From IMG/VR virus record IMGVR_UViG_3300011113_000640, positions 256,542 to 320,541 of that record: a DNA stretch of 64,000 bases, one strand, 5' to 3'. Below the pieces are notes generated by a model. That model was not told the origin of the DNA, searched no databases, and was given only the letters and a program-made list of their open reading frames with translations. Within the stretch, counting starts at the first letter, position 1. The number at the start of each line of letters is the position of its first letter. Shown here one piece after another: positions 36,073 through 45,273 of the stretch. Both the position numbers and the translations under genes were made by a program.

Positions 36073-36799
36073 AGTCGACTCCGAGTTCTTGGCAAAGCAC
36101 TTTCATGATTTCAATGACTTTCAAGCTACCTCGACTGGCAGCAAAATGCAAAATGTTTGCATCGGCAATCGGCACTCCGGAATTCCAGAGTCTGGTAGCT
36201 TCTAGTTCAGCAGGATGGTCGCTTCTTAAGTTATGACACATGTAATTCATTTCTGGGTGTAGTCGATCTGTTTCTGGAATATCTTGTGCCCAAAACATTG
36301 CGTTGTGTCTTAGTTGGTCAAATCCCCAGTGCCGATCCGGATGTGTTTCCCTTGCTTGAAAATACTTTTCACCCAGGTCCCAAATTTCTTTTGACATGGT
36401 ATGCGGATAATATTGCACGTCATCATTGAAATGATGTCGAAATTCTCTATGATTCCGCGGTTCTGTGTAGTTGAACAATCTGTATTCTTTGTAGCGGTCT
36501 CCAAACAAACTGGTGGGTCGTATCATAAAAGTATCAGCACCGGACCAAAAAACGTTGCAGGGTTCGCTGTCCCATAATGCTTTGATCTCGTTCCAGTTGG
36601 CCTCAGTACAGGTGTCGCTGTCGTCGGCAGGATCGGTCCATAACACAGCTTCGAAAGGCTCCAGACAAAATTTGCGAAATGAAGACAGCCTTATCTTGTA
36701 CATTTCACCATAGGCCTTGTACAGGTCTTGATTCTTTTCTATGTGCCAGCCATTACGGATAGGCCTTACTGAAGAAACCAAATAATTTTTAACTGTCAT
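36065..36799 (-). CDS. Hypothetical, possible nucleotide-diphospho-sugar transferase
   Basis: GADT and ILHF motifs, glycan-operon context. Confidence 0.45.
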   Translation of the reverse strand: MTVKNYLVSSVRPIRNGWHIEKNQDLYKAYGEMYKIRLSSFRKFCLEPFEAVLWTDPADDSDTCTEANWNEIKALWDSEPCNVFWSGADTFMIRPTSLFGDRYKEYRLFNYTEPRNHREFRHHFNDDVQYYPHTMSKEIWDLGEKYFQARETHPDRHWGFDQLRHNAMFWAQDIPETDRLHPEMNYMCHNLRSDHPAELEATRLWNSGVPIADANILHFAASRGSLKVIEIMKVLCQELGVDYE

Positions 36800-37419
36800 T
36801 TCGATCTGCCTAATATAGCACCGCTGTTGTGACGATGCCCTTCACTGTGTAATAGCCGATAACCTTCGGATAACAAATAAGGAATAGCCGCTGAACACTT
36901 GCCAATAAACACACCTTCATCTGGCTCGTACCAGGTGTCGTCGCATACAATAATACTATTATCGCACATCAATGGCATTAACCGAATAGCTTGTTTTAAG
37001 TGGGCTTGTTGACTATTTAGATTGGTCATTTCGATTCCCATTTTTTGTAAATAACGTTCTTTTTGTGCCGGCACAAAAGGTTTGGCTTTTCTATTGACCC
37101 AATAGTCCCAATCAAAATTATCTAAGTAAACTAAACTTACTCGAGACTCGGGTTCTAGATTTCTAAAATTGTCCAGAAAGTCTTCACCTTTGGCCTGTAT
37201 GACTCGAACATGATTGGGCATGTTCACAAATCTTTCTTTGAGGCCGTCGATTTGATCTTGGTCATAGTCTACAGCATAAAATCTTGTGGCACGGTCTTTG
37301 GCCAGGTCTGCAAAAAACTTGGTGCTGCCTTCGCCACGATCAACACCAATCTCAATCCAAACACCTGGATCAATTTGATGTATAAAATTTTCTACATTTC
37401 GATAGTATGTGCCCATCAA
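36796..37419 (-). CDS. Class I SAM methyltransferase-like protein (family member 2)
   Basis: WIEIGVDRGEGST, VYLDNFDW, VCDDTW. Confidence 0.65.
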   Translation of the reverse strand: MMGTYYRNVENFIHQIDPGVWIEIGVDRGEGSTKFFADLAKDRATRFYAVDYDQDQIDGLKERFVNMPNHVRVIQAKGEDFLDNFRNLEPESRVSLVYLDNFDWDYWVNRKAKPFVPAQKERYLQKMGIEMTNLNSQQAHLKQAIRLMPLMCDNSIIVCDDTWYEPDEGVFIGKCSAAIPYLLSEGYRLLHSEGHRHNSGAILGRSK

Positions 37420-38106
37420 TTAACTCGCTTTAGTAAATCTGCCTAATATAGCACCACTGTTTTGTCTATAGCCTTGATTGTTCAACACTTCATAACCGTG
37501 CAACAATAGGTAAGGTATCACAGCCGAACACTTGCCAACGAATACTCCTTCATTGGGATGGTACCAGGTATCGTCACACACTATGATACTTTTTTCAGTC
37601 ATCAACGGCATCAGTCTCATGGCCTGAAGCAAGTGGGCTTTTTGGCTGTTGATATTGGTCATCTCAGTGCCCATGTAGTCTCTATAGTGTTGCTTTTGTG
37701 CAGGTACAAAAGATTCTTCTTGACCGCCAACCCAATAGTCCCAGTCAAAGTTGTCAAGATACACCAACGAAAATTTCTCGCCAGGATTGTTGCGTGCGAA
37801 TTGTTCCAGAAAGTTTTCACCAAAAGCATGTACTAGTTCTACGTGATCTGGCAAAGGCCCTTCGGCTAATCGAAATTGTCCGTCGGCACCTAATACCGCT
37901 TGTCCTTGCGATGACAACACCGCACGAGCCCTTGCGATTTGATTTTCATCTGCGTCAACACCGTAAAACTTAACGCCTTTTGTTTTTGCTATGTCAGCAA
38001 AGAATTTAGTACTACCTTCTCCGCGGTCAACGCCAATCTCAACCCACGCACCAGAGGGATCGACTGCATCCATAAATCGTTCTACTTCTTTGTAATATGT
38101 TCCCAT
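37420..38106 (-). CDS. Class I SAM methyltransferase-like protein (family member 3, tandem paralogue)
   Basis: Same motifs as 36796-37419 with high local identity. Confidence 0.65.
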   Translation of the reverse strand: MGTYYKEVERFMDAVDPSGAWVEIGVDRGEGSTKFFADIAKTKGVKFYGVDADENQIARARAVLSSQGQAVLGADGQFRLAEGPLPDHVELVHAFGENFLEQFARNNPGEKFSLVYLDNFDWDYWVGGQEESFVPAQKQHYRDYMGTEMTNINSQKAHLLQAMRLMPLMTEKSIIVCDDTWYHPNEGVFVGKCSAVIPYLLLHGYEVLNNQGYRQNSGAILGRFTKAS

Positions 38107-38109
38107 AGA

Positions 38110-39060
38110 TCACCAAATAAAATTTAACATGTAATACTCTATAACTCTTTGTAATTCTTGATCAAAGTTGGCCAGGGGTTGCCACCCCAAGGCCTTGAGT
38201 TTAGAGTCATTGATTGCATAACGCACATCTTGGCCTTGTCGGTGGCTGCCAGTGATGTAATCTTCCCAACGATCTTCAGCTCCACCACCGGGATAGTAAT
38301 GCAACAGCTTTTTGATAACTTCCTTGTTGGGCATTTCTGCATTGCCTGAAATGTTATAAATTTCGTTGATGCTACCGTGATCGATCACAGTCATTACTGC
38401 ACGAGCAGTGTCTTCGACATGCAACCAAGTCCTCTGCGGCTCACCACGATCATGCAGGTCAATTTTCCTGCCTATTTTGAGATACTTGATTGACTTGGGG
38501 ATTAATTTTTCAACATATTGACCAATACCATAGTTGTTGGTAGGACGCACAATTACATATCGGATGCCATAGGTTCTTGCCCAGGCCAGGATCAACATGT
38601 CGGCCGCTGCCTTTGAAGCTGAATAAGGATTGCTGGGTTTCAGCAGATCAGTTTCGGCGTGGGCACCCGAATCGATATCACCATACACTTCGTCGGTTGA
38701 AAAATGCAACAATGTTGGTTGCTTTTGAACAGGCTGTTGTCGGATCAGTTCCAACAGACGGTGTACTCCGTTGATGTTACTGTGCAGGAATACCTCAGAA
38801 CTCATGATCGAATTGTCCACATGAGTTTCAGCTGCTGTGTTTATGATATAATCGCAGTCATACAGTCGGTCAAGATCATTGATGTCTTTGTGTATGAACT
38901 TAAATGTATCGTATTTTTGAAACTCACTTAGAAAATCAAAATTGCTGGCATAGGTACCTTTGTCCACACCAATCACATGCCATCCACGTGCCAGACATTG
39001 TCGTGTGACATGTACTCCTATGAATCCCAAACAACCTGTGACATATACAATTTTTTTCAT
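38110..39060 (-). CDS. rfbB: dTDP-glucose 4,6-dehydratase
   Basis: TGCLGFIG, AAETHVDNSI, STDEVYG, PSNPYSASK, LIPK. Confidence 0.9.
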   Translation of the reverse strand: MKKIVYVTGCLGFIGVHVTRQCLARGWHVIGVDKGTYASNFDFLSEFQKYDTFKFIHKDINDLDRLYDCDYIINTAAETHVDNSIMSSEVFLHSNINGVHRLLELIRQQPVQKQPTLLHFSTDEVYGDIDSGAHAETDLLKPSNPYSASKAAADMLILAWARTYGIRYVIVRPTNNYGIGQYVEKLIPKSIKYLKIGRKIDLHDRGEPQRTWLHVEDTARAVMTVIDHGSINEIYNISGNAEMPNKEVIKKLLHYYPGGGAEDRWEDYITGSHRQGQDVRYAINDSKLKALGWQPLANFDQELQRVIEYYMLNFIW

Positions 39061-39878
39061 TTCATCTTTATTTGGAATTGTCGCATCTGATTGTTTATAT
39101 CATTTTCTCTGAGTCGTTGCCAGGGATCTTGTTGTTGAGCTTTGACGGCATCCCAGAAAGTGGGATTCAGCCCCTGAGATTTAAGATAATCGTTGAGCTT
39201 GTCGCATTCTTTAAAGCGTTTGGTTGAGGTAGGAGGATAATGGAAGTCTTTGGGATTGCTGGGATTACCCTCTAATAGTTCTCGCTGTTTGTAGGTGGCA
39301 TCAAGATTATTGCCGGTAAGATCGGCTCGGTCATGCGTGACATGCACATCGATCCTTTGGTATATGTCCACACAATAAGCATTTTGACTCAACCAAGCAT
39401 CATTCATGCTATGCAGGCTGAGATGTCCTATAACATCCAGCCAGGCTCGAGGAACTATGGGAAATATGCTGTAGGGGTGATCATTGTGGGTATGCACCGC
39501 CAACAGTTTGAATTGTCCAGTGTACCGGCAAATTTCCGTATCCCAGGCTTCGCTGTCCATTACAGCATCGTCATTCCAGAAAAACACCCAATCTGCCGAA
39601 CTGGCCCGGGCCAAGGTGTTTACATAATCATGCAGTTGGCTGTAGCCCATGGGCTCAAATGTCATGGCAGTATAGTTCACTCCCATGTCATCCAGTCTGG
39701 GTTGCAACACAGTTTGGAAATGTTCAATGCCCACAGTGTCATCTGTGTCCAGGCCCAATAACACTTGTATGCTATCAAGATCCGCGGCCTTTTCTAACAG
39801 GCCAATTAGACTGCGTGTCAAGGCATTGGTGCGGCCTCGTGTGGGAAGTAATATTGCTATTTTATAGTCGTTTGCCAT
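39057..39878 (-). CDS. Glycosyltransferase, GT2-like
   Basis: LLPTRGR, FFWNDD. Confidence 0.75.
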   Translation of the reverse strand: MANDYKIAILLPTRGRTNALTRSLIGLLEKAADLDSIQVLLGLDTDDTVGIEHFQTVLQPRLDDMGVNYTAMTFEPMGYSQLHDYVNTLARASSADWVFFWNDDAVMDSEAWDTEICRYTGQFKLLAVHTHNDHPYSIFPIVPRAWLDVIGHLSLHSMNDAWLSQNAYCVDIYQRIDVHVTHDRADLTGNNLDATYKQRELLEGNPSNPKDFHYPPTSTKRFKECDKLNDYLKSQGLNPTFWDAVKAQQQDPWQRLRENDINNQMRQFQIKMK

Positions 39879-39920
39879 AGTGCGAATATTTATATACGCC
39901 GTTTACGGTGCAAACAAATA

Positions 39921-40370
39921 CTAACCTTCGTAGATGGCACTGTTGGCACCGTGTTCGGCACATTCTACACGCACACAGTAACAACGGTCATTGGTCTTTT
40001 TGCGGATTAGTTGATCAGCAAAGTTAAAAGCATGTTCGGCAAACTTCTCTGCACCCACTCCATTGAATATTCTAATCTCTACTAGGTCCAATGCTTGTAA
40101 TTCTTCAAACTTAGCCAAGTGTGGATCTCGTTTATCCAGGGCCAACTTGTGATCAAAATGATCTTCCAACCAGGCTTTTAGTTCTTTGAGTCCGCCAAAG
40201 TCCACTGCCCAGTTTTTATCGTCCAGACTGTCACAACCAAAAGTGAATGTGAACGCCAGACTGTAACCATGTAGCAAGTGACAGTGACTGTGATCAGCAT
40301 TGGGCTGTCTAAATACAGCACTCAAGCCAATGTTGTGCCCGTAGTGTTTTGTTGAATAATACTTTGCCAT
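39921..40370 (-). CDS. queD: 6-carboxytetrahydropterin synthase
   Basis: HCHLLHGY, VDFG, FDH, AEKFAE, VECAE. Confidence 0.88.
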   Translation of the reverse strand: MAKYYSTKHYGHNIGLSAVFRQPNADHSHCHLLHGYSLAFTFTFGCDSLDDKNWAVDFGGLKELKAWLEDHFDHKLALDKRDPHLAKFEELQALDLVEIRIFNGVGAEKFAEHAFNFADQLIRKKTNDRCYCVRVECAEHGANSAIYEG

Positions 40371-40388
40371 TATAATTCTCCTATGTTA

Positions 40389-40417
40389 ATTATAGCATAG
40401 GCGGCAGAGTTTGTAAA
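40389..40417 (-). promoter_or_regulatory. Sigma70-like promoter for queD and the glycan operon
   Basis: TTTACA-17 bp-TATAAT. Confidence 0.65.
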
Positions 40418-40445
40418 GCGGGAGTGACGCCAAGACCGCTGGATA

Positions 40446-40670
40446 TTATTTTTTGTTTTTGGGTGCTACAGATTTTTCCGGTGCTGTTTTTCTTGCAGAT
40501 TTGGTCTGGGTGGTATCTGTCATGTCAATGAGTTGTTGCACCGTATCAAGAGCTTGTGTAGTAGCAAACATCTGCCAAAGTTGATTGTTGGCTACCTCAA
40601 TGCTGGTGAATTCTAGTTCAATGATCTGATCATTTTTTAACTGGAGTTGGAATTTTCTTTGTTGGCTCAT
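40446..40670 (-). CDS. Small hypothetical protein
   Basis: 74 aa with AGGA RBS. Confidence 0.6.
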   Translation of the reverse strand: MSQQRKFQLQLKNDQIIELEFTSIEVANNQLWQMFATTQALDTVQQLIDMTDTTQTKSARKTAPEKSVAPKNKK

Positions 40671-40678
40671 GTGTGTCC

Positions 40679-40858
40679 TTAATCGTAGTAAACGTATCCT
40701 GATTGTTTATTAGTTATGTTTGCACCAGGTCGATCTATTTCTTTTGAGGGCTTGTCCCAAAGTCTAGCGCGACCTTCTCTCTGCTGTTGTTCGGTGTCGG
40801 GGTGCTGTTGTTTATACCGTGTTAACCATTGATCAAATTCGCTGATGTATTTTACCAT
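40679..40858 (-). CDS. DUF3460-like protein (not in ORF track)
   Basis: Read manually: MVKYISEFDQWLTRYKQQHPDTEQQQREGRARLWDK... Confidence 0.7.
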   Translation of the reverse strand: MVKYISEFDQWLTRYKQQHPDTEQQQREGRARLWDKPSKEIDRPGANITNKQSGYVYYD

Positions 40859-41223
40859 TTTTTGTAATTGCCTTTGCCGGGTATTGTATTACGGACACCG
40901 CCCACTGGATCTTCTACATCGCCCTTTTGACGTGGAATAAGATGTATGTGTGGATACATCACAGTTTGACCCGCTGCTTCTCCTGAATTATAACCAATGT
41001 TGAATGCATCGCATTCTCCTTCTGCAACCATGTGGATGCCGTCGGCTAGGGCATCTTCAAAGGCCCTGACTATCCAATTAGGATTGTCGTTGTCTTTGGG
41101 CACATACAATCTATGACCGGGTGTGCATGGATAGCGATCAAGATACACCATGGTCGTGGTTTTTTCATCTACCTGTTGGTCCCAGGGTGCTATGCCTGCC
41201 TTTTGTGCTTCGATCAATTTCAT
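40852..41223 (-). CDS. HIT family nucleotide hydrolase
   Basis: PCTPGH, AAGQTVMYPHIHLIPR. Confidence 0.9.
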   Translation of the reverse strand: MKLIEAQKAGIAPWDQQVDEKTTTMVYLDRYPCTPGHRLYVPKDNDNPNWIVRAFEDALADGIHMVAEGECDAFNIGYNSGEAAGQTVMYPHIHLIPRQKGDVEDPVGGVRNTIPGKGNYKKW

Positions 41224-41224
41224 T

Positions 41225-43711
41225 TTAGTCAAACCAGTATCTAATTTCGTGCATGACACGATAATGATTCAGCCCACTGGTAGCAGTGGTCATCGCGCTG
41301 AATCGATATTGTGTGTTTTTGTTTATCATGCTTGTGTATAAACCTCTGACATAAGGTGTGACCTGATTCTGTACCGACATCTTTTTATGAGTATACTGTA
41401 TGTTACCTTGATTGTCAATACTGGTCGGCAGTTTTGCTTCTACTGAACCACTTAACACTACAGGTTTGACACCACCATACAACCCAAAATGTCCTCCTCT
41501 CTTGACATCACCAAATCTATAACCAGTTTCTGCCCAGGCACCGGTCATGTTATTTACACGGGTGATCAATCCTGGATTGATGTTGGTAGACACGTGCATC
41601 AAGCTGGCCTGCGCACTAAATCCTCTGTGTCGGAAAGTTACCACATTATCCAAGATGCCAGAACTGTTTATGCTTCCCCAACTGCCACCAAACGCTATCC
41701 AAGGGTTGGCGTTGAGATTGGTGTACTGCACCCCATAGGTAAATTTGCCTTTGCTGTAGACCTTGGGCAGGCCCACGGTGTATTGCGTGGGTCGGTTCAA
41801 TCCCATCCCTGTGTTGTCTCTGCCGGCAAAATCGGTGCCAACTCGCATGCCGTTGACCGTGGTCAAAGCACCGTTGACAAGATATTCTGCATGGCTGGTC
41901 AGTTCATATTGATCATTGTGTTCGGTATTGAAACCAAATGCATTCATGCGGTTGACATTCATTACCGAAATGTTGCTGTTGTAGCCTCGGCCCAGTTGAT
42001 CCATGACCACAACTGATCCATCACCAAGATTGACTCCTGTCAAATATCCTGTTATGGGCTTGAGGCCGCTGAGGGTGGCCAAACTCAGTTGCCCTACTGG
42101 TTTGAATATGTCTTCTTCGCTGATCACAGCCACACCGTTGAAATAGGTTGCCGCGGTTCTGGCCAAAACTTCATTGGCCTGAGGCAAGGTCATGTATGGC
42201 CATTTTTGCAAAATAAGATTTACTGCACTCTGGGCAGTGGTCACTGTGGATGCGCCAAGTTCACTCATATACACAGCCAACTGGCGATCAGATCCATTCA
42301 TAAAGCTCACAGCTGTCAACAAATAAAGTTTGCCGCCTGGACCACGCATCACGTTGACAGTATTGCCCATGTTGTCGCCGTTTTGCATTTCTGCGGCCTG
42401 TTTGACAAAATCAGTCAATAATTTTTGGTGTGCTGCCACGTACTTGCCGTCGGAGCTCTTTAACAAAAATTGATGGCTGGTGTTATTGCCACTGAAATCG
42501 GCTCCGCTGACCAAGATATCTTCTTTGCCGTCGCCGTTGATATCAACAAATTTGGGCTTGTATGTTGAGTAGGTGTTGGTGTTATAGCCAACTAGCACGT
42601 CGTCAGTGACATCAGTGAAATTGCCGCTGCCGTTGTTTTTCAAAAACTGTATTTCACTGAATTTCGATGCACTGTGATTGGGTCTACTGAAAATCAACAC
42701 GTCGAGTTTGCTGTCGTCGTTGAAATCATAACTGACAGCTCGCACATTATGACTGCCACCAAAATTATTACTGGCCCATTTGGGCAGCTCAAACCTGGGT
42801 GTAGGCAAGGTGTGTAATACAGTGAACACCGCTTCGTTGGAAGCATTCAAAGACCAGGAGAACAGTTTGGTAGCGGCACTGCCCGCGGTCCACTGGTCAG
42901 TGGCTATGATTTGTCCTTGTCCATTGCCCAGAAAATCACCAATGGCCACAGCACTGGCTCCGCGTATAACAGGATTGGTCTGACTTTGAGTATGCACCGA
43001 GAAACTGCTGATGCGGTTGTTCAAGGCTATGGTTGTGTTGGTTCCATAGTCAGCAATAACAATGTCCTTGTAACCGTCGCCGTTGAGGTCTCCAACCGCA
43101 CTATCATGGCTCCAGATAGGAACAGTGGTCAGCGTCTGTCGTTCAAAACTTGTACCGTTATTACGGAAGAAGTATGCAGGACCATAGTGTTGCATGTCAG
43201 TACCAGGAGACACAAACAGATCATGGCGTCCAGTTTTAAAGAAGTCGTCGAGTTTGATGCTGGGTTCTGTGCCCAGGATCACATTGGTGTCATTGGGGAA
43301 CCATTGTGCGGTTTTGTCTACCAGTTGACCGTTGTTCCAACTAAACATGCTGAGCCTAAAACTGCCCCACTCTGGCACTGTGGCCGGCTGTGTCATTCTA
43401 CCTGCGATGAGCACATCATCTTTACCGGTACCGGTAAGATCTGCTGTAAATGTGTCAGCCACAGCCCAGGCATGTCCATTGTTGACTCCGGGTGCATTGA
43501 TCAAGGGATCAATTGTGGCTACCTTGACAGGTGTGGCATAGGGCACTTCAGTTCTGAGATAAGGATTTGATGATACCGGAGGAACCATAACTGGCGGAGC
43601 CATGTATGCAGTTCCTGGATTGCCAGCGCCTCCACCACCACCACCACCACCGCAACCGGTAATGACGATAACTGTGCCAAAAAGACAAGTCCAAAGCAGT
43701 TTGCGCCGCAT
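41225..43711 (-). CDS. Large lipoprotein with FG-GAP/VCBS repeats and beta-rich C-terminal domain
   Basis: Lipobox ITG-C plus Gly8 linker; repeats DLTGTGKDD, DLNGDGYKD, DFNDDSKLD, DINGDGKED. Confidence 0.8.
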   Translation of the reverse strand: MRRKLLWTCLFGTVIVITGCGGGGGGGGAGNPGTAYMAPPVMVPPVSSNPYLRTEVPYATPVKVATIDPLINAPGVNNGHAWAVADTFTADLTGTGKDDVLIAGRMTQPATVPEWGSFRLSMFSWNNGQLVDKTAQWFPNDTNVILGTEPSIKLDDFFKTGRHDLFVSPGTDMQHYGPAYFFRNNGTSFERQTLTTVPIWSHDSAVGDLNGDGYKDIVIADYGTNTTIALNNRISSFSVHTQSQTNPVIRGASAVAIGDFLGNGQGQIIATDQWTAGSAATKLFSWSLNASNEAVFTVLHTLPTPRFELPKWASNNFGGSHNVRAVSYDFNDDSKLDVLIFSRPNHSASKFSEIQFLKNNGSGNFTDVTDDVLVGYNTNTYSTYKPKFVDINGDGKEDILVSGADFSGNNTSHQFLLKSSDGKYVAAHQKLLTDFVKQAAEMQNGDNMGNTVNVMRGPGGKLYLLTAVSFMNGSDRQLAVYMSELGASTVTTAQSAVNLILQKWPYMTLPQANEVLARTAATYFNGVAVISEEDIFKPVGQLSLATLSGLKPITGYLTGVNLGDGSVVVMDQLGRGYNSNISVMNVNRMNAFGFNTEHNDQYELTSHAEYLVNGALTTVNGMRVGTDFAGRDNTGMGLNRPTQYTVGLPKVYSKGKFTYGVQYTNLNANPWIAFGGSWGSINSSGILDNVVTFRHRGFSAQASLMHVSTNINPGLITRVNNMTGAWAETGYRFGDVKRGGHFGLYGGVKPVVLSGSVEAKLPTSIDNQGNIQYTHKKMSVQNQVTPYVRGLYTSMINKNTQYRFSAMTTATSGLNHYRVMHEIRYWFD
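41390..41418 (-). promoter_or_regulatory. Internal sigma70 promoter inside the lipoprotein CDS
   Basis: TTGACA-17 bp-TATACT. Confidence 0.7.
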
Positions 43712-43742
43712 GCTAACACCTACAAGAGTTTACAATAAAACT

Positions 43743-43771
43743 ATTATAGCACCACGGGTATTTTGTGTCAA
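43743..43771 (-). promoter_or_regulatory. Sigma70 promoter for the lipoprotein gene
   Basis: TTGACA-17 bp-TATAAT. Confidence 0.9.
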
Positions 43772-43777
43772 ACTAGG

Positions 43778-44206
43778 TTAGTACACGCTAACTTCTTGTT
43801 CTAAATAGCGAATCAGCTCTTTGTCTGTGGGTTCTACGGTGTAGTTCTGCTTGAAAAAGATTTCGTAGCTGTCCGAACCGTATTTGCCTATGCCGTAGAG
43901 CTTGGTGGCATCCACACCATCCCAAGTGGCAAAGTCCAAGGTCATTCGTCGGAGACGTTCGTAACGCACATTGACCATGCCCAGACTCCAGATCACGTCT
44001 TTGACTTCCCGTTCAGTGGCGCCATAAAAAGCTCGGGGCCCGCGCCATTTCGACCAGAACACAGGCGCCACGTGTTTAACTGGTTTACGACCAGTTTGGT
44101 TCAGCATGATCACGGCCACCATGTGTTGCCAGGCACCATGGGTATACTGAAAACCATCTGGCAACTGTTGTTGCACCATGAGGTCATCACGGAGAGGCTG
44201 GATCAT
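43778..44206 (-). CDS. HhH-GPD DNA glycosylase, MBD4-like
   Basis: MLNQT, LYGIGKYGSDSYEIF, DKELIRY. Confidence 0.8.
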   Translation of the reverse strand: MIQPLRDDLMVQQQLPDGFQYTHGAWQHMVAVIMLNQTGRKPVKHVAPVFWSKWRGPRAFYGATEREVKDVIWSLGMVNVRYERLRRMTLDFATWDGVDATKLYGIGKYGSDSYEIFFKQNYTVEPTDKELIRYLEQEVSVY

Positions 44207-44409
44207 TTGGCTTCGGGTTTAGTTTGCGACTGGATAGGTGTGCATCGCATCTCAGGTGGCTCGCACAATTCCCATCGGCCATTCCTGGTATCCATCCTGT
44301 ACATTTGGCCGTTGAGCACTATGGGAGTAAAGGCACCATTGTCCACGCTGGGGTGGACGAATGTGTATCCTGTGAGAACTACTAGCACGCTTGTGAGTAT
44401 GATTTCCAT
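44203..44409 (-). CDS. Small membrane-anchored protein
   Basis: N-terminal hydrophobic helix. Confidence 0.55.
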   Translation of the reverse strand: MEIILTSVLVVLTGYTFVHPSVDNGAFTPIVLNGQMYRMDTRNGRWELCEPPEMRCTPIQSQTKPEAK

Positions 44410-45248
44410 TATCTAGGTGCGAACTCTTGTTGCAGTTTGATATTGTCCATGAACTCTTTCTTGGTGCCAGGATCAGTCTTAAACGCACCTCGGAGCACCG
44501 TGGTCTGTGTCAGGCTCGAATGTGCCATGATGCCGCGATTTTCACAGCAACCATGAGTGGCTTGGATATAAACACCAATATGTTCAGAATCTGTAGCACG
44601 AGCAATCTCTCGGGCAATGTCGTTGGCTAGTTCCTCTTGAAGAGTACCCCGGCGAGCACACCATTGAGCAATCCTAGTATACTTACTAAGACCAATGAGC
44701 TTGTTAGCCGCAATGATTCCGATGTAAGCAACTCCAGACACAGGCTGATGATGATGACTACACATACTGCGCAATTCACTGCGTACAACCAACATACCTT
44801 CATATCTATCCTCACTATCGTTAGGGAAAGCAGTGGCATCAGGGCGGGGTTCATACCTACCTGCCATGATTTCGTTGAAATACATCTTGGCCAATCTACG
44901 TGCTGTGCCAGCACTGTTGGGATCTGTTTCTCTATCAATCAACAAGGTATCCAGCACTCGTTCAAATGCTTCTGTGGCTTCATCAATCAACTGTTTGCGT
45001 TCTTGCTCTGATTCGATAAACTCACTGACGTTGTCTCCGGCCCAGAATCGTTTACCGCTGGCCCGCATGCTGTCTCGGATAACCTGGCTCAGTGGGCGAC
45101 CTTCGTCGGGATCTACTACAGCATCCTCATAACCAGGATGATATGGCGCCTCTGCCACAATACGGCTTTGTTGTAAGGCATCGAATGTTTTTTGGCTGGC
45201 ATTATTTTTCACTGCGTTCTCTCTATCTTCACTGGTAAATGTTGTCAT
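44409..45248 (-). CDS. folE: GTP cyclohydrolase I
   Basis: SMCSHHHQP, GLSK, LQE, HGCCENRG. Confidence 0.93.
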   Translation of the reverse strand: MTTFTSEDRENAVKNNASQKTFDALQQSRIVAEAPYHPGYEDAVVDPDEGRPLSQVIRDSMRASGKRFWAGDNVSEFIESEQERKQLIDEATEAFERVLDTLLIDRETDPNSAGTARRLAKMYFNEIMAGRYEPRPDATAFPNDSEDRYEGMLVVRSELRSMCSHHHQPVSGVAYIGIIAANKLIGLSKYTRIAQWCARRGTLQEELANDIAREIARATDSEHIGVYIQATHGCCENRGIMAHSSLTQTTVLRGAFKTDPGTKKEFMDNIKLQQEFAPR

Positions 45249-45273
45249 AGTTTTCTTTCATTATACAGGTTAT

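Noticed and set aside
43630-43652. (CCA)n microsatellite as a phase-variation tract
   Set aside because: In-frame trinucleotide encoding the Gly linker after the lipoprotein Cys; length change would not shift the frame
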